Below, one piece after another: positions 55,710-64,000 of a DNA stretch of 64,000 nt; the stretch's first letter is position 1, and every line of letters starts with the position of its first letter. Source of the DNA: the human T2T-CHM13v2.0 reference genome, Homo sapiens. The notes beneath the pieces were generated by a model. That model was not told the DNA's origin and searched no databases. It was given only the letters and a program-made list of their open reading frames with translations. The stretch lies in NCBI RefSeq assembly GCF_009914755.1, contig NC_060948.1; one strand, 5' to 3'. The position numbers and the translations under genes are program-made.

Positions 55710-57596
55710 AGTCCATTCCAAGATGGCTAAATAGGAAGAGTTCTGGCCTGCAGCTCCCAGTATGATCGACACTGAATATGGGTGATTTCTGCATTTCCAA
55801 CTGAAGGACCTTGTTCATCTCATTTGGACTGGTTGGACAGTGGTTGCAGCCCATGGAGGTTGAACCAAAGTGGGCGGGATGTCACCTCGCCTGGGAAGCA
55901 CAAAGAGTCAGGAGATTTCCCTTTCCTAGTCAAGGGAAGCTGTGACAGATGGTACGTGGAAAAATGGGACAGTTTTGCCCAAACACTGCACTTTTCCCAT
56001 GGTCTTAGCAACTTGCAGACCAGGAGATTCTCTCCCATGCCTTGATCAGTGGGTCCCATTCCCATGGAGTTTTGCTCACTGCTAGTGCAGCAGTCTGAGA
56101 TCGACCTGCGATGCTGCAGCCTTACGGGGGGTGGGGGGTCATCCTCCATTGCTGAGGCTTGAGTAGGTAAACAAAGTGGCTGGGAATCTCGAACTGGGCA
56201 GAGCCCATTGTAGCTCAGCAAGGACTACTGCCTCTATAGAATCCACCTCTGTGGGAAGGGCATACATGAACAAAAGGCAGCAGAAATGTCTGCAGATTTA
56301 AATGTCTCTATGTGACAGTTCTGAAGAGAGCATTGGTTCTCCCAGCATGGTGTTTGAGCTCTAACAAGGAACAGAATGCCTCATCAAGTGGGTTCCTGAA
56401 CCCTGTGTAGCCTAACTGGGAAACACCTCCCAGTAGGGGCCAGCTGACACCTCATACAGGTGGGTCCCCCTCTGGGACAAAGTTTCCAGAGGAAGGATCA
56501 GGCAGCAATATTTGTTGTTCAGCAATATTTGCTATTCTCCATCCTCTGCTGGTGATACCCAGGCAAACAGCATCTGGAGCGGACCTCCAGCAAACTCCAA
56601 GAGGCCTGCAGCTGAGGGACCTGACTGTTAGAATGAAAACTAACAAACACAAAGGAATAGCATCAGCATCAGCAATAAGGACATACACATCAAAACACCT
56701 TCTGTAGGTCACCAACATCAAAGCCCAAAAATAGATAAAACCACAAAGATGGGGAGAAACCAGAGCAGAAAAATGGAAAATCCTAAAAAGCAGAGTGCCT
56801 CTTCTCCAAAGTATTGCAGCTCTTCGCCAGCAGTAGAACAAAGCTGGATGGAGAATGATTGATGAGTTGACAGAAGTAGGTTTCAAAAGGTCAGTAATAA
56901 ACTTCTCCGAGCTAAAGGAGCATGTTCTAACCCATCGCAAGGAAGCTAAAAACCTTGAAAAAACATCAGATGAAAGACTAACTAGAATAAACAGTGTAGA
57001 GAAGAACTGAAATGATGTGATGGAGCTGAACGCCATGGAACAAGAATTATGTGATGTATGAACAAGCTTCAATAGCTGATTCAATCAGGTGGAAGAAAGG
57101 ATATCAGTGATTAAAGATCAAATTAATGAAATAAGGCAAGAAGACAATATTAGAGAAAAAAAGTAAAAAAAAAAAAAAATGAACAAAGCCACCAAGAAAG
57201 ATGGGACTATGTGAAAAGATCAAATATATATTTGATTGGTGTCTCTGAAAGTGATGGTGAGAGTGGAACCAAGCTGGAAAACACTCTGCAGGATATTTTC
57301 CAGGAGAACTTCCCCAACCTAGCAAGACAGGCCAACATTCAAATTCAGGAAATAGAGAGAAATTCACAAAGATACTCCTCGAGAAGAGCAACGCCCAGAC
57401 ACATAATTGTCAGATTCACCAAGGTTGAAATAAAGGAAAAAATGTTAAGGACAGCCAGAGAGAAAGGTCAGGTTACACACAAAGGGAAGTCCATCAGACT
57501 AACAGTGGATCTCTCAGCAGGAACCCTACAAGTCAGAAGAGAGTGGGGGCCAATATACAATATTCTTAAAGAAAAGAATTTTCAACCCAGAATTTC
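55710..57596 (+). mobile_element. L1PA6/7-type 5' UTR plus ORF1 (ATG 56749), interrupted
   Basis: CCAAGATGGCTAAATAGGAA start; ORF1 peptide GESGTKLENTLQDIFQENFPNL..KEKNFQPRIS. Confidence 0.88.
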
Positions 57597-58894
57597 TTTT
57601 TTTCTCTTTTTTCTTAAGTTTTATTATTATTATACTTTAAGTTTTAGGATACATGTGCACAACGTGCAGGTTTGTTACATATGTATACATATGCCATGTT
57701 GGTGTGCTGCACCCATTAACTCATCATTTAGCATTAGGTTTATCTCCTAATGCTATCCCTTCCCCCTCCCCCAACCCCACAACAATCCCCAGTGTGTGAT
57801 GTTCCCCTTCCTGTGTCAGTGTGTTCTCTTTGTTCAATTCCCACCTATGAGTGAGAACATGCAGCGTTGGTTTTTTTGTCCTTGCGATAGTTTGCTGAGA
57901 ATGATGGTTTCCAGTTTCATCAATTCCCCTACAAAGGACATAAACTCATCCTTTTTTATGGCTGCATAGTATTCCATTTTGTATATGTGCCATATTTTCT
58001 TACTCCAGTATATCATTGTTGGACATTCGGCTTGCTTCCAAGTCTTTGCTATTGTCAATAGTGCCACAATAAACATACGTGTAGCATGTGCCTTTATAGC
58101 AGCATGATTCATAAGCCTTTGGGTATATACCCAGTAATGGAATGGCTGGGTCAAATGGTATTTCTAGTTCTAGATCCCTGAGGAATCACCACACTGATTT
58201 CCACAATGGTTGAACTAGTTTACAGTCCTACCAACAGTGTAAAAGTATTCCTGTTTCTCCACATCCTCTCCAGCACCTGTTGTTTCCTGACTTTTTAATG
58301 ATCGCCATTCCAACTGGTGTGAGATGGTATCTTATTGTGGTTTTTTGATTTGAATTTCTCTGATGGCCAGTGATGATGAGCATTTTTTCATGTATTTTTT
58401 GGCTACATAAATGTCTTCTTTTGAGAAGTGTCTGTTCATATTCTATGCCCACTTTTTGATGGGGTTGTTTGTTTTTTTCTTGTAAATTTGTTTGAGTTCA
58501 TTGTAGGTTCTGGATATTAGCCTTTTGTAAGATGAATAGATTGAAAAAATTTTCTCCCATTCTGTAGGTTGCCTGTTCATTCTGATGGTAGTTTCTTTTG
58601 CTGTGCAGAAGCTCTTTAGTTTAATTAGATCCGATTTGTCAATTTTGGCTTTTGTTGCCATTGCTTTTTGTGTTTCAGACATGAAGTCCTTGCCCATACC
58701 TATGTCCTAAATGGTATTGCCTAGGTTTTCTCCTAGGGTTTTTATGGTTTTGGTCTAATTTTTAAGTCTTTAATCCATCTTGAATTAATTTTTATATAAG
58801 GTGTAAGGAAGGGATCCAGTTTCCGCTTTCTACATATGGTTAGCCAGTTTTCCCAGCACCATTTATTAAATAGGGAATCCTTTCCCTATTGCTT

Positions 58895-59513
58895 CAACTT
58901 TGATGAATCTGACAATTGTGTCTTGGAGTTGCTCTTCTCAAGGAGTATCTCTGTGATGTTCTCTGTATTTCCTGAATTTGAATGTTGGCCTGTCTTGCTA
59001 GATTGGGGAAGTTCTCCTGGATGATATCCTGCAGATTGTTTTCCATCTTGGTTCCATTCTCCCCATCACTTTCAGGTAGATGTAGATTTGGTCTTTTCAC
59101 ATAGTCCCATTTTCATGGAGGCTTTGTTTATTTCTTTTTATTCTTTTTTCTCTAAACTTCTCTTCTGGCTTCATTTCATTCATTTCATCTTCCATTGCTG
59201 ATATCCTTTCTTCCAGTTGGTCTCATCAGCTACTGAGGCTTGTGCATTTGTCACATAGTTCTCATGCCATGGTTTTCAGCTCCATCAGGTCCTTTAAGGA
59301 CTTCTCTGCATTGCTTATTCTAGTTAGCCATTCATCTAATTTTTTTCCAAGGTTTTTAACTTCTTTGCCATTGGTTCATACTTCCTCCTTTAGCTTGCAG
59401 TAGTTTGATCTTCTGAAGCCTTCTTCTCTCAACTCGTCAAGTCATTGTCCATCCAGCTTTGTTCCATTGCTGGTGAGGAGCTGCATTCCTTTGGAGGAGG
59501 AGAGGTGCTCTGA
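58895..59513 (-). mobile_element. Ectopic L1 ORF1 fragment inserted within ORF2
   Basis: ORF2 sequence CCTATTGCTT|..|TTTTTGTCAGG is split by about 620 bp of ORF1 ([31 protein letters not shown]). Confidence 0.9.
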
Positions 59514-61226
59514 TTTTTGTCAGGTTTGTCAAAGATCAGATAGTTGTAGATATGTGGCATTATTTCTGAGGGCTCTGTTCTGTTCCATTGGTGTATATCT
59601 CTGTTTTGGTAGCAGTACCATGATGTTTTGATTACTGTAGACGTGTAGTATAGTTTGAAGTCAGGTAGTGTGATGCCTCCAGCTTTGTTCTTTTGGCTTA
59701 GGATTGACTTGGCAATGCAGGCTCTTTTTTGGTTCCATATGAACTTTAAAGTACGTTTTTCCAATTCTGTGAAGAAAGTCATTGGTAGCTTGATGGGGAT
59801 GGCATTGAATCTATAAATAACCTTGGGCAATGTGGCCATTTTCCTGATATTGATTCTTCCTACCCATGAGCATGGAATGTTCTTCCATTTGTTTGTATCC
59901 TCTTTTACTTCATTGCGCAGTGGTTTGTTGTTCTCCTTGAAGAGGTCCTTCACATCCCTTGTAAGTTGGATTCCTAGGTATTTTATTCTCTTTGAAGCAA
60001 TTGTGAATGGGAGTTCACTCATGATTTGTCTCTGTTTGTCTGTTATTGGTGTATAACAATGTTTGTGATTTTTGCACATTGATTTTGTATCCTGAGACTT
60101 TGCTGAAGTTGCTTATCAGCTTAAGGAGATATTGGGCTGAGACGATGGGGCTTTCTAGATATACAGTCATGTCATCTGCCAACAGGGACAATTTGAATTC
60201 CTCTTTTCCTAATTGAATACCCTTTAATTCCTTCTCCTGCCTGATTGCCCTGGCCAGAACTTCCAACACTATGATGAATAGGAGTGGTGAGAGAGGCATC
60301 CCTGTCTTGTGCCAGTTTTCAAAGGGAATGCTTCCAGTTTTTGCCCATTCAGTATGATATTGGCTGTGGGTTTGTCATAGACAGCTCTTATTATTTTGAG
60401 ATACATCCCATCAATACCTAATTCATTGACAGTTTTTAGCATGAAGCATTGTTGAATTTTGTCAAAGAACTTTTCTGCATCTGTTGAGATAATCATGTAG
60501 TTTTTGTCTGTAGTTCTGTTTATATGCTGGATTACATTTATTGATTTTCATATGTTGAACCAGCCTTGCATCCCAGGGATGAAGCCCACTTGATCATGGT
60601 GGACAGCTCTTTGATGTTGCTGGATTTGGTTTGCCAGTATTTTATTGAGGATTTTTGCATCAATGTTGATCAAGGATATTGGTCTAAAATTATCTTTTTT
60701 TGTTGTGTCTTTGCCAGGCTTTGGTATCAGGATGATGCTGGCTTCATAAAATGTGTTAGGGAGGATTCCCTCTTTTTCTATTGATTGGAATCATTTCAGA
60801 ATGAATGGTAGCAGCTCCTCCTAGTACCTCTGGTAGAATTCAGCTGGGAATCCATCTGGTTCTGGACTTTTTTTGGTTGGTAAGCTAGTAATTATTACCT
60901 CAATTTCAGAGCCTGTTATTGTTCTATTCAGGGATTCAACTTCTTTCTGGTTTAGTCTTGGGAGGGTGTATGTGTTGAGGAATTTATCCATTTCTTCTAG
61001 ATTTTCTATTTTATTTGCATAGAGGTGTTTATAGTATTCTCTGATGGTAGTTTGTATTTCTCTGGTATTGGTGGTGATATCCCCTTTATCGTCTTTATTG
61101 CATCTATTTGATTCTTCTCTCTTTTCTTCTTTATTAATCTTCCTAGTGGTCTATCAATTTTGTTGATCTTTTCAAAAAACCAGCTCCTGGATTCATTGAT
61201 TTTTTGAAGAGATTTTTGTGTCTCTA

Positions 61227-61699
<473 letters not shown>

Positions 61700-63800
61700 T
61701 TATTCTGCTGATTTGGGGTGGAGAGTTCTGTAGATGTCTATTAGGTCTGCTTGGTGCAGAGCTGAGTTCAATTCCTGAATATCATTGTTAACTTTCTGTC
61801 TCATTGATCTGTCTAATGTTGACAGTGGGGTGTTAAAGTCTCCCATTATTATTGTGTGGGATTGTAAGTCTCTTTGTAGGTCACTAAGGACTTGCTTTAT
61901 GAATCTGGGTGCTCCTGTATTGGGTGCATATGTATTTAGATACTTAGCTCTTCTTGTTGAATTGATCCCTTTATCATTATGTAATGGCCTTCTTTGTCTC
62001 GTTTGATCTTTGCTGGTTTAAAGTCTGTTTTATCAGAGACTAGGATTGCAACCCCTGCCTTTTTTTTGTTTTCCATTTGCTTGTTAGATCTTCCTCCATC
62101 CTTTTATTTTGAGCCTATGTGTGTCTCTGCACTTGAGATGGATTTCCTGAATACAGCACACTGATGGGTCTTGACTCTTTATCCAGTTTGCCAGTCTGAG
62201 TCTTTTAATTGGAGCATTTAGTCCATTTACATTTAAAGTTAATATTGGTATGTGTGAATTTGATCCTGTCATTATGATGTTAGCTGGCTATTTTGCTCGT
62301 TAGTTGATGCAGTTTCTCCTAGTCTTGATGGTCTTTATATTGTGGCATGATTTTGCAGCGGCTGATACCGGTTGTTCCTTTCCATGTTTAGCGCTTCCTT
62401 CAAGAGCTCTTTTAGGGCAGGCCTGGTGGGACAAAATCTCTCAGCATTTGCTTGTCTGTAAAGTATTTTATTTCTCCTTCACATATGAAGCTTAGTTTGG
62501 CTGGATATGAAATTCTGGGTTGAAAATTCTTTTCTTTAAGAATGTTGAATATTGGCCCCCACTCTCTTCTGGCTTGTAGGGTTTCTGCCGAGAGATCTGC
62601 TGTTAGTCTGATGGGCTTCCCTTTGAGGGTAACCTGACCTTTCTCTCTGCCTGCCCGTAACGTTTTTTCCTTCATTTCAACTTTGGTTAATCTGACAATT
62701 ATGTGTCTTGGAGTTGCTCTTCTCGAGGAGTATCTTTGTGGCATTCTCTGTATTTCCTGAATCTGAACATTGGCCTGCCTTGCTAGAGTGAGGAAGTTCT
62801 CCTGGATAATATCCTGCAGAGTGTTTTCCAACTTGGTTCCATTCTCCCCATCACTTTCAGGTACACCAATCAGATGTAGATTTGTTCTTTTCACATAGTC
62901 CCATATTTCTTGGAGGCTTTGCTCGTTTCTTTTTATTCTTTTTCCTCTAAACTTCCCTTCTCACTTCATTTCATTCATTTCGTCTTCCACCACTGATACC
63001 CTTTCTTCCAGTTGATCGCATTGCCTCCTGAGGCTTCTGAATTCTTCACGTAGTTCTCGAGCATTGGTTTTCAGCTCCATCAGCTCCTTTAAGCACTTCT
63101 CTGGATTGGTTATTCTAGTTATACATTCTTCTAAATTTTTTTCAAAGTTTTCAACTTCTTTGCCTTTGGTTTGAATGTCCTCCCATAGCTCAGAGTAATT
63201 TGATCATCTGAAGCCTTCTCACAGCTCGTCAAAGTCATTCTCCATCCAGCTTTGTTCCATTGCTGGTGAGGAACTGAGTTCCTTGGAGGAGGAGAGGCAC
63301 TCTGCGTTTTAGAGTTTCCAGTTTTTCTGTTCTGTTTTTTCCCCATCTTTGTGGTTTTATCTACTTTTGGTCTTTGATGATGGTGATGTACAGATGGGTT
63401 TTTGCTGTGGATGTCCCTTCTGTTTGTTCGTTTTCCTTCTAACAGACAGGACCCTCAGCTGCAGGTCTGTTGGAATACCCTGCCGTGTGAGGTGTCAGTG
63501 TGCCCCTGCTTGGGGTGCCTCCCAGTTAGGCTGCTCGGGGGTCAGGGGTCAGGGACCCACCTGAGGAGGCAGTCCGCCCATTCTCAGATCTCCAGCTGCC
63601 TGCTGGGAGAACCACTGCTCTCTTCAAATCTGTCAGACAGGGACATTTAAGTCTGCAGAGGTTACTGCTGTCTTTTTGTTTGTCTGTGCCCTGCCCCCAG
63701 AGCTGGAGCCTACAGAGGCAGGTAGGCCTCCTTGAGCTGTGGTGGGCTCCAACCAGTTGGAGCTTCCTGGCTGCTTTGTTTATGTAAGCAAGCCTGGGCA

Positions 63801-64000
63801 ATGGTGGCCGCCCCTCCCCCAGCCTCGCTGCCACCTTGCAGTTTGATCTCAGACTGCTGTGCTAGCAATCTGCGAGACTCCGTGGGCGAAGGACCCTCCG
63901 AGCCAGGTACAGGATATAATCTCGTGGTTCACCATTTTTTAAGCCGGTCCGAAAAGCACAGTATTTGGGTGGGAGTGACCCGATTTTCCAGGTGCGTCCG
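63801..64000 (+). CDS. L1 antisense ORF0, open to window end (partial)
   Basis: GCAATGG Kozak context; MVAAPPPASLPPCSLISDCCASNLRDSVGEGPSEPGTGYNLVVHHFLSRSEKHSIWVGVTRFSRCV, 66 codons with no stop. Expression is unknown. Confidence 0.7.
   Translation, partial: MVAAPPPASLPPCSLISDCCASNLRDSVGEGPSEPGTGYNLVVHHFLSRSEKHSIWVGVTRFSRCV

Noticed and set aside
56452-57084. 210-aa minus-strand ORF
   Set aside because: Antisense of L1 5' UTR/ORF1; such frames are commonly open in L1 copies.

Overview
Primate (very probably human) Y-chromosome, Yq11 X-degenerate region. It holds the last three coding exons of RPS4Y2 (+, 6028-18255) and an intron-containing HSFY pseudogene (-, 45999-49032). The rest is a dense repeat landscape: a minus-strand class I (HERV-E/ERV3-like) provirus (27016-36397), a HERV-K(HML-5)/LTR22 provirus (38624-43885), solo MER4- and MER50-type LTRs, about 16 Alus and a nested stack of L1s (50258-64000). 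The most interesting signal is a cryptic, decayed 46-codon ORF (transmembrane helix plus Cys-rich tail) between pol and env of the class I provirus. It ends 2 nt before the env ATG, and the same arrangement appears implied by the ERV3-1 Env N-terminus, so it is a candidate unannotated retroviral accessory membrane microprotein. Also notable: a chimeric L1 (PA4-like body, PA2/HS-like 5' end) carrying an apparently foreign ORF1 fragment inside ORF2 and an open antisense ORF0. All repeat-family names and reference sequences are recalled from memory, not from database searches.
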